Assembly: GCF_000039765.1 (NCBI RefSeq)
Contig: NC_004460.2
Coordinates: 1,530,001 to 1,562,000, forward strand
DNA length: 32,000 nt
DNA from: Vibrio vulnificus CMCP6
Lineage (GTDB): Bacteria; Pseudomonadota; Gammaproteobacteria; Enterobacterales; Vibrionaceae
Direction of reading: 5' to 3'
Below the pieces are notes generated by a model that had not been told where the DNA came from, did not search any database, and worked only from the letters and a program-made list of their open reading frames with translations. Of the stretch, positions 15,330 through 24,145 are shown one piece after another. Made by a program: the position numbers and the translations under genes. Each line of letters starts with the position of its first letter. The stretch's first letter is position 1.

Positions 15330-17177
15330 TTATCGACCATAGGTTTTGACGATGTACGCTTCAAATTGATCGCACATATCGGCGTCAGAAATGGCGTTCG
15401 AAGCCAATAGCTTACTGCCATCGACGATGGTGATGGTTGCGTTAAGGCTAGCAGGTGCGTGAACCTCTCGTTCGGCAAGGGCGGCGATTTTCTGCTGCTC
15501 TTTTTCCCACGCTTGCTGTGCAGTTTGGTTACAGGCGTCAGCGAGATATTTCGCATTAAACCCTTCACCCGTCAGGCGCTTAATTGACTCAGAATGAGAC
15601 ACACTGTTGCCTGCATGCCAGTAATGCTCTGCCAACAGAGGGCCAATCTCTGGGTTATCACATAGGTAACCAAACTTCTCGGTGAAGTAGGCACGAGTTT
15701 GGTACACCGCCATATGAGCCAGTAAGTAACCTTGGTAGGCGCAAGAGGCTTCATCAGACAGCAGGTGTGGAATGGCCATCAGTGGACGCGGGCTGCACGC
15801 CAAACCCAGAATGCGCATTTCGGTATCTCGGGCCAACTGGGTGACACTTTCTGCAGTGAGTTGTTCGTCACTCATTTGATAAAGCGCGCGCTCAAAGTAC
15901 GGCACAACGAGAATGCTGCGTTCTGCATAAGCCTTAAACGGCTGACGGTTATTGACCATTGCTTGAATGATCGAGTCTGGCACTGGATTGCCAGCGTCAT
16001 CCAATGCGTAGCGCTTCAACCAATCTGCATCGTCAAGCAGGCTATCGCAGAACATAGATTGTGTTTCAGCGTAAGCCATGGAGGTTGGCGCAAATTCTTG
16101 CGAGAAACAAGGCGCGTTGAGCTTCACATTGGCAAAGTGAGCGGCGTGGCCTCCTTCGTGGAACAAGGTATTCATGCCATCGTAGCCACAACCGACTTGG
16201 TCTGGTTTGGCATTGGAGGTGAAATTCACTTTGGCGGCGATCCACTCTCCTTGGTCATAGAAAGAAGGGATCGGGCCATGACAGAAGCCGTTCGGGTATT
16301 TGCCTTTGCGATCCAACAGATCGAGTGTGAGTTCCGCTCCGGAGTAATCAATATTGAGGCGACCAAACGATTCTACCCAACGACGTAGCGATTTAGAAAA
16401 CGGCACATAGGGGTCCAAGTCACGCATGACATCGCCAGAGAAAGAGTAAACAAAGTTATGCCCTTTTAAGGCATCGTTGCCTTTCTCTTGCGCCAATGCA
16501 TCCAGGCTATTTTGATGACTTTGACGAGTGCGCTGTTCGAAATCCTCCAAAATCACAAACAGTTCATCACTGGTCATGTGTTCGGTTTTCACCACGGAAT
16601 AATCGAAGAAGTTGGCGTAGCCCATGGTGCGGGCAAAGGCGTTACGCTTTTTCACCAGCTCAAGGAAACCGTTTTGCAGTAACCACTGTTCGAGATCCAA
16701 TAACGCTTGGTGCGCAGATTGGCGGACGGATTCCTGGTTGTTGGCGCGGATTGCCGAGCTCAGGATCGGCAGGCTGCCTTCAACCGTTTCACCCTTCTCG
16801 TTCACGTAAGTCAGAACGTGCTTTTGCTTCTTCTCAAAAATCTCCGCTTCAAACTGAATCAGATCATTCTTAAGCGCGCCCGCTTCGGGGGATTCAATGG
16901 CGTGCGATTGGAACATGGCTAACCAGCCATTGAGTCCTTGAATCGTCTGCGCTTTCTCGCTTGAGTCTGGGATGGTTTCTGCGGCTTCAAGTTGTTGTCT
17001 AATTTCGTTAATTTTTGAAGCTTGAGAAAGGAAATTGGTCCACTCGGTCTGTGCTTTGGTTGAGCCTTGATGATCGTCGCTGATCCCCATGTAGGTTTCC
17101 CAGAAGAAATCTTCTTTGGTGCGATGAATCGTCAGATATTGCTGGTTTAGCTTATTAAGATAGGCAGTTGCAGTCAT
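15330..17177 (-). CDS. M3 family oligoendopeptidase (PepF-like), cytoplasmic
   Basis: The 615-aa product has the zinc motif FHEGGHAAH (HExxH) and no signal peptide. Its length and layout fit M3B peptidases. The Shine-Dalgarno sequence AAGGAC precedes the ATG. Confidence 0.88.
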   Translation of the reverse strand: MTATAYLNKLNQQYLTIHRTKEDFFWETYMGISDDHQGSTKAQTEWTNFLSQASKINEIRQQLEAAETIPDSSEKAQTIQGLNGWLAMFQSHAIESPEAGALKNDLIQFEAEIFEKKQKHVLTYVNEKGETVEGSLPILSSAIRANNQESVRQSAHQALLDLEQWLLQNGFLELVKKRNAFARTMGYANFFDYSVVKTEHMTSDELFVILEDFEQRTRQSHQNSLDALAQEKGNDALKGHNFVYSFSGDVMRDLDPYVPFSKSLRRWVESFGRLNIDYSGAELTLDLLDRKGKYPNGFCHGPIPSFYDQGEWIAAKVNFTSNAKPDQVGCGYDGMNTLFHEGGHAAHFANVKLNAPCFSQEFAPTSMAYAETQSMFCDSLLDDADWLKRYALDDAGNPVPDSIIQAMVNNRQPFKAYAERSILVVPYFERALYQMSDEQLTAESVTQLARDTEMRILGLACSPRPLMAIPHLLSDEASCAYQGYLLAHMAVYQTRAYFTEKFGYLCDNPEIGPLLAEHYWHAGNSVSHSESIKRLTGEGFNAKYLADACNQTAQQAWEKEQQKIAALAEREVHAPASLNATITIVDGSKLLASNAISDADMCDQFEAYIVKTYGR

Positions 17178-17308
17178 TTTTGTCCTTTAAAATGGTTGCC
17201 TGAAGAATGGGCCATTATGTCACGACGCATCGAGAATGACGAATCTCCCTTTCGTACGGTTAACGGCAGTGTCGTAAACGGAAATGTACTTAGCGTTTAC
17301 AGGGAATA

Positions 17309-18742
17309 TCAAAGATGACGAGCGATGAGACGAACCAAGGTATTGATGGCGGGTTGCCAATCGTGATCACTCGTAAAGTTCGCGACACAAAAACGCACGC
17401 AATGTTGATATTGGTTGTGTGTGCCAAATACCGTCCCCGGCAATAGGCTAATTTTTTCTTTGCGACAATCGAGATACAACGCATGGCTATCCACCCCTTC
17501 AGGCAGGATTAACCACAGCAAAAACGATCCTTGATTGAGATGCAATTGATAGCGATTTTCCAGCGCGGGAATCTGGTTTAATGCCTTGCTAAGCATGGTG
17601 TGGAAGCGCTTACTGTGGCACTGGTATTGTCGACGCATTCTGGCGGTGTGAGCACGGTATTTGCCCGTAGTGAGAAACGACGCGACCGCACTTTGCATCA
17701 GGTTCAAACTGCCCATGCTATCGCAGAGCAGCCGCTTTTCCACTTGGTCATGATAACGTCCGGCCAACAGCCAACCGATCCGCAAACGAGAGTCGAGCGT
17801 TTTTGAAAGGGAGTTGACGTAGATGACTCGCCCTTTGCTATCAAGAGATTTCAAGCTTGGCAGTGGGGCATCAAAGCTCAATGCACCAAATACGTCGTCT
17901 TCAATGATCGGCACATCATGGCTGACTTGCAAAAGGGCCAGACGTTTTTCCAACGTCATGGTGGCGCCAGTGGGGTTGGTAAAATTCGGTGTGACTAAAA
18001 TCGCTTTGATCGGCCACTCTTCCATCGCTTTGGCGAGCGCGTCGATTTCCATCCCCGTTTTAGGACAACTGGGGATTTCCAACACATTCAACCCTAGGGA
18101 TTCCAGTAAAAGGAGGTTGCCAAAATAACAAGGGGATTCAACGGCAACAATGTCACCAGTCACTGTTGTGGCTCGCAGGGCCAGGCTGATGGCTTGTTGC
18201 GCGCCGTGGGTCGTGATGATCTCGGAGAGCTGGACAGGGACACCAAGATCGGCGGTAATCTTGGCCAGTTGTTTGACTAAAAGGGTATCACCCGGTGGTA
18301 ACTGGTAGTGGCTAGGAAGCTGACTTTGTCGTCGGCTATGGCGCCCAATTTCCGCATACAAACTTTTGATGGCAGGGGCATCGATGTTGGGGTGTGCAGA
18401 ACCGGTTGGCAGTTGCTCTTTTTCGTGCGGATAGGTGAGGAATTCTTTACAGACAGAAAGCAGGTCGACCTTGGTGGGTTTAGCATGAGCGTGCTCTGGA
18501 GCGATCGCGACGGGTTTCACACGATAGCCTGAGCGTTCAACAGAATAGACCCAACCTTGCGCTTCCAGCTCTTGATAGGCACGAATCACGGTGTTTTTAC
18601 TGACCGACAACTCCTGCTGGAGACGACGAATCGAAGGCAGTCTTTCATCGTGTTGGAACAAGCCGGATTGGATGGCCGAGCGCACATATTGCTCGACTAC
18701 TAAGTACTTGTTGTGTGTGATATCACGCTCATCTGTACCCAT
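17309..18742 (-). CDS. MocR/PdxR-type regulator: GntR wHTH fused to a PLP-dependent aminotransferase-like domain
   Basis: The N-terminal part reads YVRSAIQSGLFQHDERLPSIRRLQQELSVSKNTVIRAYQELEAQGWVYSVERSGYRV. The fold-type-I aminotransferase region contains SLSKTL, the putative PLP lysine. Confidence 0.9.
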   Translation of the reverse strand: MGTDERDITHNKYLVVEQYVRSAIQSGLFQHDERLPSIRRLQQELSVSKNTVIRAYQELEAQGWVYSVERSGYRVKPVAIAPEHAHAKPTKVDLLSVCKEFLTYPHEKEQLPTGSAHPNIDAPAIKSLYAEIGRHSRRQSQLPSHYQLPPGDTLLVKQLAKITADLGVPVQLSEIITTHGAQQAISLALRATTVTGDIVAVESPCYFGNLLLLESLGLNVLEIPSCPKTGMEIDALAKAMEEWPIKAILVTPNFTNPTGATMTLEKRLALLQVSHDVPIIEDDVFGALSFDAPLPSLKSLDSKGRVIYVNSLSKTLDSRLRIGWLLAGRYHDQVEKRLLCDSMGSLNLMQSAVASFLTTGKYRAHTARMRRQYQCHSKRFHTMLSKALNQIPALENRYQLHLNQGSFLLWLILPEGVDSHALYLDCRKEKISLLPGTVFGTHNQYQHCVRFCVANFTSDHDWQPAINTLVRLIARHL

Positions 18743-18829
18743 AAATTCCCTTCAAACTGTCTCTTATTTTCATTTCTGTACCCAATTACAGTAACAGCAA
18801 GTCGATAATAATAGCCACAAGGAATTTTC

Positions 18830-19735
18830 ATGCTGCTCCGTTCGATCCCCTTTTTGTTTGTCCTACTTTGGGCTTCAGGTTTTGTTGGGGCCAGATTGGG
18901 CCTGCAATACGCAGAACCTGCGACCTTGCTGGCGATCCGTATGTTGGCAAACATCGCGCTGTTTTTGTTGCTGATCGTGTTGCTGCGCCGCCGAGTGCCG
19001 ACAGGGGCCGCCTTCTGGCACTCATGTGTTGTGGGGCTGGCCATTCATGGGTTTTACCTCGGCGGAACCTATTGGGCCATTTCACTGGGGATGCCGGCCG
19101 GATTGAGTTCCTTATTGGTGGGGATTCAACCGATTTTAACCGCGCTGATTTTGGTGGTCACGGTTCAAGAGCGCTTTCGGTTTTCGCAGTGGTTGGGTTT
19201 AGCGCTTGGATTGCTGGGTATCAGCTTGGTGCTTTCTGGCAAGATGGATTGGCAAACCGAAGCGCACAAAACGCTTGCGATTACGCTGTGCTTAATGGCG
19301 CTGGTGGGTATTACATTGGGCACCTTGTACCAAAAACGTTTCTGCCATGGGGTGGATATGGTGGGTGGCGCTATGGTGCAGTATCTCGCCGCAGCATGCC
19401 TGTTCCTGCCTTTTGCGTGGCAGTTTGAAACCATGCAAGTGCAATGGACAACAACCTTTATTCTGACACTGGTTTGGCTAGTGGTCGTGTTGTCGTGTGC
19501 GGCCATTCTGCTGTTGCTCTATATGGTGAAAAATGGCGCAGCGTCGAGTGTGGCATCGGTTTTTTATCTTGTTCCTCCTGTCACCGCGTTGCAAGCCTGG
19601 CTGATGTTTGGCGAGTCGTTTGATACCAAAGCCATGGTGGGTTTTCTGTTGGCTGCGGTGGCGGTGTATTTGGTGGTAAGAAAGCCGAAATTGGCCGTCG
19701 AGCCCGTTAGATCAGAGACATGTCAGATAAAATGA
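18830..19735 (+). CDS. DMT superfamily (EamA-like) transporter
   Basis: The 301-aa product is hydrophobic throughout with about 10 TM segments and a two-EamA-repeat architecture. It is divergent from the MocR regulator, which is a classic pairing. The Shine-Dalgarno sequence AAGGAA precedes the ATG. Confidence 0.88.
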   Translation: MLLRSIPFLFVLLWASGFVGARLGLQYAEPATLLAIRMLANIALFLLLIVLLRRRVPTGAAFWHSCVVGLAIHGFYLGGTYWAISLGMPAGLSSLLVGIQPILTALILVVTVQERFRFSQWLGLALGLLGISLVLSGKMDWQTEAHKTLAITLCLMALVGITLGTLYQKRFCHGVDMVGGAMVQYLAAACLFLPFAWQFETMQVQWTTTFILTLVWLVVVLSCAAILLLLYMVKNGAASSVASVFYLVPPVTALQAWLMFGESFDTKAMVGFLLAAVAVYLVVRKPKLAVEPVRSETCQIK

Positions 19736-20780
19736 TTTGGTTTCTACCGGATCGTTTCGCGACATAGAGTGCGTTATCGGCGAGTTGCATCAATTCTTCA
19801 AAGCCTTGATTAGGAGAACTGGGCAGGGCAATACCAATGCTTACTGTGCACTGAATCCGATGCTGGTGATGTTCAATGGTGAGTTGTTCTACCGTCACGC
19901 GTAGAGTCTCAGCAAGGGTCATGGCTTCTTCGGCATTGACATGATGCAGCAATATGGCGAACTCTTCGCCGCCAAAGCGTGCGAGGAGATCATCAGAGCG
20001 GATCTGTTTTTTTAAGGTCGCTGCGATTTGCATCAGTACCTTGTCACCCGCAGGATGGCCAAATTGGTCGTTGATCTCTTTGAACTTGTCCAAATCGATC
20101 ATTAACAGTGCGGTATGGTGATCGTAATGCCTTGGTTTGTCATTGATAAAGTAAGTCGCTTCAACAAACGCACGCCGATTGAGCGCGCCAGTGAGTGGGT
20201 CAATGTGCGCAAGCTCAATCATCTTGTTGATTTGTTGATGCTTATGTACTTGTGCAGCAACCCAGTTGGCGAGAGTTTCAAGCACTCGAGCATCCAGCTC
20301 GCTATAGGCATCAAGCTGTTTATGGGCAATGTTGAGCGTGCCATAGCATTCGCCTTTGTGCTTTAGAGGAGCAATCATAAAGGTGGTGAGGCCAGCGGCG
20401 GAGAGCCTTTTGCAATAGCTTGGCACTTCAGAACGATCATGGCTCGACATCACCACTTTTTGTTGTGTAAAAGCTTCGCCAACCAAGGTACCTTCAATTG
20501 GAATCAAACATTCTTGCGGTTGAACATCATTACCATCAAATGCATAAAGCCGCATTTCTCGCTCATTTTCGTCGAGGGTAATACTGGCGCGATCGGCCTG
20601 AAAGATCTCTCGCACCCAGTACGAGGTGCACAGTAAGACATCTTCCAAAGAGGAAGATTGCGCCAGCTCATCCAGAAAGCCCAATGGCAAGGCAGCGAAG
20701 CCATCATTGTGTTCTCTTCGGTGATGAGGTTTGGCATCATTTTCTGGCGGTTTTCTTCCTTTACCTAAATATGATTCCAT
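19707..20780 (-). CDS. GAF-GGDEF diguanylate cyclase with an RxxD I-site
   Basis: A GAF-like N-terminal region (LEDVLLCTSYWVREIFQADRASITL...GTLNIAHKQ) precedes the GGDEF domain. The active site GGEEF has RSDD exactly 5 residues upstream (RSDD-LLARF-GGEEF). The start is ambiguous between ATG 20780 and GTG 20849, and neither has a clear Shine-Dalgarno sequence. Confidence 0.85.
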   Translation of the reverse strand: MESYLGKGRKPPENDAKPHHRREHNDGFAALPLGFLDELAQSSSLEDVLLCTSYWVREIFQADRASITLDENEREMRLYAFDGNDVQPQECLIPIEGTLVGEAFTQQKVVMSSHDRSEVPSYCKRLSAAGLTTFMIAPLKHKGECYGTLNIAHKQLDAYSELDARVLETLANWVAAQVHKHQQINKMIELAHIDPLTGALNRRAFVEATYFINDKPRHYDHHTALLMIDLDKFKEINDQFGHPAGDKVLMQIAATLKKQIRSDDLLARFGGEEFAILLHHVNAEEAMTLAETLRVTVEQLTIEHHQHRIQCTVSIGIALPSSPNQGFEELMQLADNALYVAKRSGRNQIILSDMSLI

Positions 20781-20967
20781 CGTTAGCCAACTGTAATAAT
20801 TTATAAAACGAACAAAGTTTAGGATGGGATGAGTTGAATATCTAATCACATTCTTGAGACATCATCGAATTTATTAATAGTTTTCGTTATACGTGATCCG
20901 TATGACAATCTGTGCAGATTTTTCATCTAACGCTATACTCTGGCTCTTTTTTGCAAGCGTGCGACCG

Positions 20968-21252
20968 ATGACTAAAAAACCTGATAGACAAACTGCGATG
21001 CGCAATATCATTGACGCGGTGAAAAAAGAATTACCATTGTACGAATCAGAGACGTTTGTCTGTGGTCCGAAAGGAGAGTGTGTAGGCTGCCCGAAAAAAC
21101 TGCTAGAGATGGTGGATGGTGAACTGAGCTATTGGGAACATGCAATGAACCGTGGTGTGATTCCCCATTTTGATGAAATTCGACGTTTTGGTAAGTTATG
21201 CAGCAGTGTGCGCAAGGGCTTGGCGAGAAATAACCTGATTTCAAACACCTAA
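20968..21252 (+). CDS. Small hypothetical Cys-containing protein (about 94 aa)
   Basis: The product reads MTKKPDRQTAMRNIIDAVKKELPLYESETFVCGPKGECVGCPKKLLE...GKLCSS, with a C-x5-C-x2-C motif plus a fourth Cys. A TATACT -10-like hexamer at 20934-20939 favours the 20968 start over the upstream in-frame starts at 20893 and 20902. Confidence 0.55.
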   Translation: MTKKPDRQTAMRNIIDAVKKELPLYESETFVCGPKGECVGCPKKLLEMVDGELSYWEHAMNRGVIPHFDEIRRFGKLCSSVRKGLARNNLISNT

Positions 21253-21371
21253 CTTTTTGCTCTGTCCACAATTTTGTCCAGTAAAAACGGCGTTTGTGAT
21301 GATTTGGCCCTAGACGGTCATGTGATCTTTGACTAGTTTTTTAACAGGACCAAACGATTGACGGAGCGATC

Positions 21372-22157
21372 ATGAATGGCTTTCAAAAAAGCGGCTTGGC
21401 ACTTTGCGGAATACTTGCATTCACCTTTTCCGTCAGTGCAGCAACACCACCAGTCACCTCATTACAGCAACTGACGTTTTTCTCAGAGTCGTATCCGCCA
21501 GCCAATTTCCTCGAAGGCACAACACCTCGTGGCTACTCAGTGGATGTGCTGCAGTTAGCCGCGGAGAAAGTGGGCGTTGCGATTGAAAATAAACAGATCA
21601 TTATTCAACCGTGGCCGCGTTCGTATCGAGCAACCTTAACCCACAATGACGCCGTGCTTTTTTCCACGACTCGTACCGAACATCGGGAACATCTTTTCCA
21701 GTGGGCCGGTCCCATTGCCGGCATTAAAGCGGTGGTGATGGCAAGAGTGGACGCGGATATCGAGATTCGAGATCCCATTGATATGGCAAACTATCGAATT
21801 GGTGTGATACGCGATGATGTGGGTGAACAGATGCTCTTAGAGCTTGGCGTTCCCCGTGAAGCGATGCAAGAAGCCAACTACGTGACACAATTGGCTGAAC
21901 AGTTAATGAAAAAGCGCATTGATCTGCTTGCTTACGATGAGAGTGCAGCGCTCTGGTTCACCTCACAAGCGGGGTTAGACCCCAAACTCTTTAAAACCGT
22001 TTATATCTTAAAAGAGGGTGAGCTCTATTTTGCCTTCAATAAAAACGTGCCCAAGAAGTTGGTCGAACAACTGCAAAAAGGCATCGATATATTAAAACAG
22101 CAAACCAATGAGGAAGGCGTTACGCTGCATCAAGCGATCCTCAATCGTTATCGTTAA
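21372..22157 (+). CDS. Periplasmic family-3 (PBPb-type) solute-binding protein, orphan (no permease or ATPase nearby)
   Basis: The signal peptide is ...AFTFSVSA/A. The product is 261 aa with typical amino-acid-type SBP length and layout. The Shine-Dalgarno sequence ACGGAG precedes the ATG. Confidence 0.8.
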   Translation: MNGFQKSGLALCGILAFTFSVSAATPPVTSLQQLTFFSESYPPANFLEGTTPRGYSVDVLQLAAEKVGVAIENKQIIIQPWPRSYRATLTHNDAVLFSTTRTEHREHLFQWAGPIAGIKAVVMARVDADIEIRDPIDMANYRIGVIRDDVGEQMLLELGVPREAMQEANYVTQLAEQLMKKRIDLLAYDESAALWFTSQAGLDPKLFKTVYILKEGELYFAFNKNVPKKLVEQLQKGIDILKQQTNEEGVTLHQAILNRYR

Positions 22158-22180
22158 TGTTTAAAAGAGCGTGATAACAT

Positions 22181-22214
22181 AAAAAGTGCCCAGCGTTGAT
22201 GCTGGGCGCTTTTT
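22181..22214. terminator. Bidirectional rho-independent terminator between the SBP and nuclease genes
   Basis: The stem AAAAAGTGCCCAGC / GCTGGGCGCTTTTT encloses the loop GTTGAT. A and T runs flank it on both sides. Confidence 0.8.
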
Positions 22215-22236
22215 AATAAAGTGAAGGGGAAGTGAC

Positions 22237-23868
22237 TTAATTGCCCCAAATGGCACTGACAAACTCAGGATGATCGATAAACGGGTTGCGGTTACCTTGG
22301 AACTCGTACACCGCTTGGTTGCGATCAATCTCTTTTTGGCTAACGGGGTCAGCGTTATGCCAACGTTTCAGCATGTTGAGCATCCAAGGTTCAAAGACCG
22401 TGGTGCTGGTGCCATTGAGTACATCGTTAGCGTTCGTGGTGTTGCCTTCCCAATTAGCAATGGCGTTTTCGTAACGGGTGGCCATGTAGAAGTAAGCACG
22501 AGCAAAGTCGCCTTTAAACTCATCTACCGGCTCGAAGACGGTGCCCGCATAGCCTAAGTCAGATTTTGCCGAGCCCAGTTTGGAACCATTGCTGGATACG
22601 TATGTTGCGCTGCCAACTTCACCGAATGGCCAGTTGCTGCGTTTTGCATTCACATAGCCGTCCGTCGCAAAAATATGGTGTCCATCAGAATTCATTGGTT
22701 CCACTGTGCCACCAAACCAACTTTTCGGGAAAGAGTGTTCGCGGTTGTAACAATCCCCTTCTTTGCTGTATTGACCGCACTGGTTGGTGCCCTTGGTGAA
22801 ATGTACACTGTCTGCGCCACTGGCTTTTTCCGAATACATATCCAAAATGGAACCATCGTTTTCGTAGTAAAGATCGAGATCGGCCACTTTCGCCAGTTCC
22901 CAAATCGCACTGTATCCTTGGCTATTGTGGTTGGTGATGATGTTGTAGAGCGCGGTTTTCAGCGCAAAGCCATTCTTACCTTCGGCCGCTTTGTAGTAGT
23001 CGCCTAAGACGGGGGGCTCAGTCGGCGTTGTGGTACCAGAGTCACCGATGGTGAACGACGTGAGTTGCGATTGGGTAAATTCGCCACCAGAAGCCAGTGT
23101 GTTGCCATTGGCAACAAGGCTATAAGAGCCATTACCGACCCCACAGCAAATGCCATCACCGTAGCTGTCTAGAATTTCAAAGGTGTATTGGCCATCGCTT
23201 AAACACATTTCTTGGTTGTAAGTGGTGGAATTCTCATACCCAGAGCCAGAGAAGAGTGTGGTACCGCTGCTGTTTTTCAGCAACCAACTTGTCTCAGACG
23301 CGTATTGGTCTGTTGTCAGTGACAAGGTTGCCGTGGTTGCTGAGCAGCTTTCTGGTTCGGGAGGTGTAGTTGCCGATTCCGTTGGTTGGAAATTGTCGAT
23401 ATACACCACTTCTGAGCCATCAAAACCGGAAACGTCATAAAAGCGTAGGCCTACAGGAATGGATTTTGTGCTGGTGGCGGTGTAGGAAAACGTCAGCTCT
23501 TGCCACTGATTAGTGAGCCCGTTATTGGAGTAACCTTGGTAGCCATCGGCAATCAATCGCGCCATGACTTTGCCTTCGGTATGGTACACCGACACCGAGA
23601 ACTGATAGGTTTTTCCTTGCTCCACATTGACCATCTGCAAGAAGTCAGTGTTGCCTTGTGTGCCGGTATTGACGGCAATGGCGGCGGCAAGCTTGCCTGT
23701 TTTCAGTGGGGTTGTGGCGGAAGAAACGGCGATGCCAGAATCAATGGTGCTCCAGCCTTGTGGGCTATTGCCGCTCCATGTTTCAAAATCGCCATTGAGT
23801 AGCTGTGCGGAAGCTGGATTGGCGGAGAGCAGAGCCAGTGTACTTAGGGTAATTATTCTATTTAGCAT
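22237..23868 (-). CDS. Secreted three-domain nuclease: N-terminal CBM-like beta-sandwich, Cys-containing middle domain, C-terminal endonuclease I domain
   Basis: The signal peptide is ...LLSANPASA/Q. The N-terminal region is GDFETW...GWS...YIDNF. The middle domain contains DSYGDGICCGVGNGSY. The C-terminal endonuclease I motifs are NREHSFPKSWFGG, DGHHIFATDGYVNAKRSNWPFGEV, FEP.DEFKGD.ARAYFYM and GNRNPFIDHPE. Confidence 0.88.
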   Translation of the reverse strand: MLNRIITLSTLALLSANPASAQLLNGDFETWSGNSPQGWSTIDSGIAVSSATTPLKTGKLAAAIAVNTGTQGNTDFLQMVNVEQGKTYQFSVSVYHTEGKVMARLIADGYQGYSNNGLTNQWQELTFSYTATSTKSIPVGLRFYDVSGFDGSEVVYIDNFQPTESATTPPEPESCSATTATLSLTTDQYASETSWLLKNSSGTTLFSGSGYENSTTYNQEMCLSDGQYTFEILDSYGDGICCGVGNGSYSLVANGNTLASGGEFTQSQLTSFTIGDSGTTTPTEPPVLGDYYKAAEGKNGFALKTALYNIITNHNSQGYSAIWELAKVADLDLYYENDGSILDMYSEKASGADSVHFTKGTNQCGQYSKEGDCYNREHSFPKSWFGGTVEPMNSDGHHIFATDGYVNAKRSNWPFGEVGSATYVSSNGSKLGSAKSDLGYAGTVFEPVDEFKGDFARAYFYMATRYENAIANWEGNTTNANDVLNGTSTTVFEPWMLNMLKRWHNADPVSQKEIDRNQAVYEFQGNRNPFIDHPEFVSAIWGN

Positions 23869-24065
23869 ATAACCTTCTGTTTAATGATATAAAAATCAAT
23901 TAAGGATAAATTTTCATCAAAGATAGAAAGTTAACGAATCTCTCAATTTTTTATTACAATCCTATTGCTTTCATGAATATATTTGAAACTTATCACGGTA
24001 TGGTGGTGGGTAACGGCAATCCATGCGGGTGTTTTGTGGTGTTTGAGTCGTGTCGATAGAGTGGC

Positions 24066-24099
24066 GAAAAGAAAAAAGGGATGCTCGTGAGAGCATCCC
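24066..24099 (-). terminator. Rho-independent terminator of the amylase gene
   Basis: The stem GGGATGCTC / GAGCATCCC encloses the loop GTGA. On the minus strand it is followed by TTTTTTCTTTTC. Confidence 0.85.
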
Positions 24100-24145
24100 A
24101 AACTAGCAGGGTGGAGACACCCAGCTTTATGTCACTGAGTTGGCG

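Noticed and set aside
15732-16388. 218-aa ORF on the + strand inside the M3 peptidase gene
   Set aside because: It is fully nested antisense to a gene with clear HExxH and homolog-like organisation. It has no recognisable motif or translation signal. Long antisense frames are expected by chance in genes of about 50 percent GC.
18868-19428. 186-aa alternative-frame ORF within the EamA transporter gene
   Set aside because: It lies on the same strand but out of frame with a coherent 10-TM protein. Its own translation is Arg/Gly/Ala-rich with no structure-like pattern.
23982-23997. CRP-like site TTTGA-AACTTA-TCACG upstream of the secreted nuclease gene
   Set aside because: It matches the TGTGA-N6-TCACA core at only 8 of 10 positions, lies in an AT-rich region where such matches are common, and the position relative to an unknown TSS cannot be judged.
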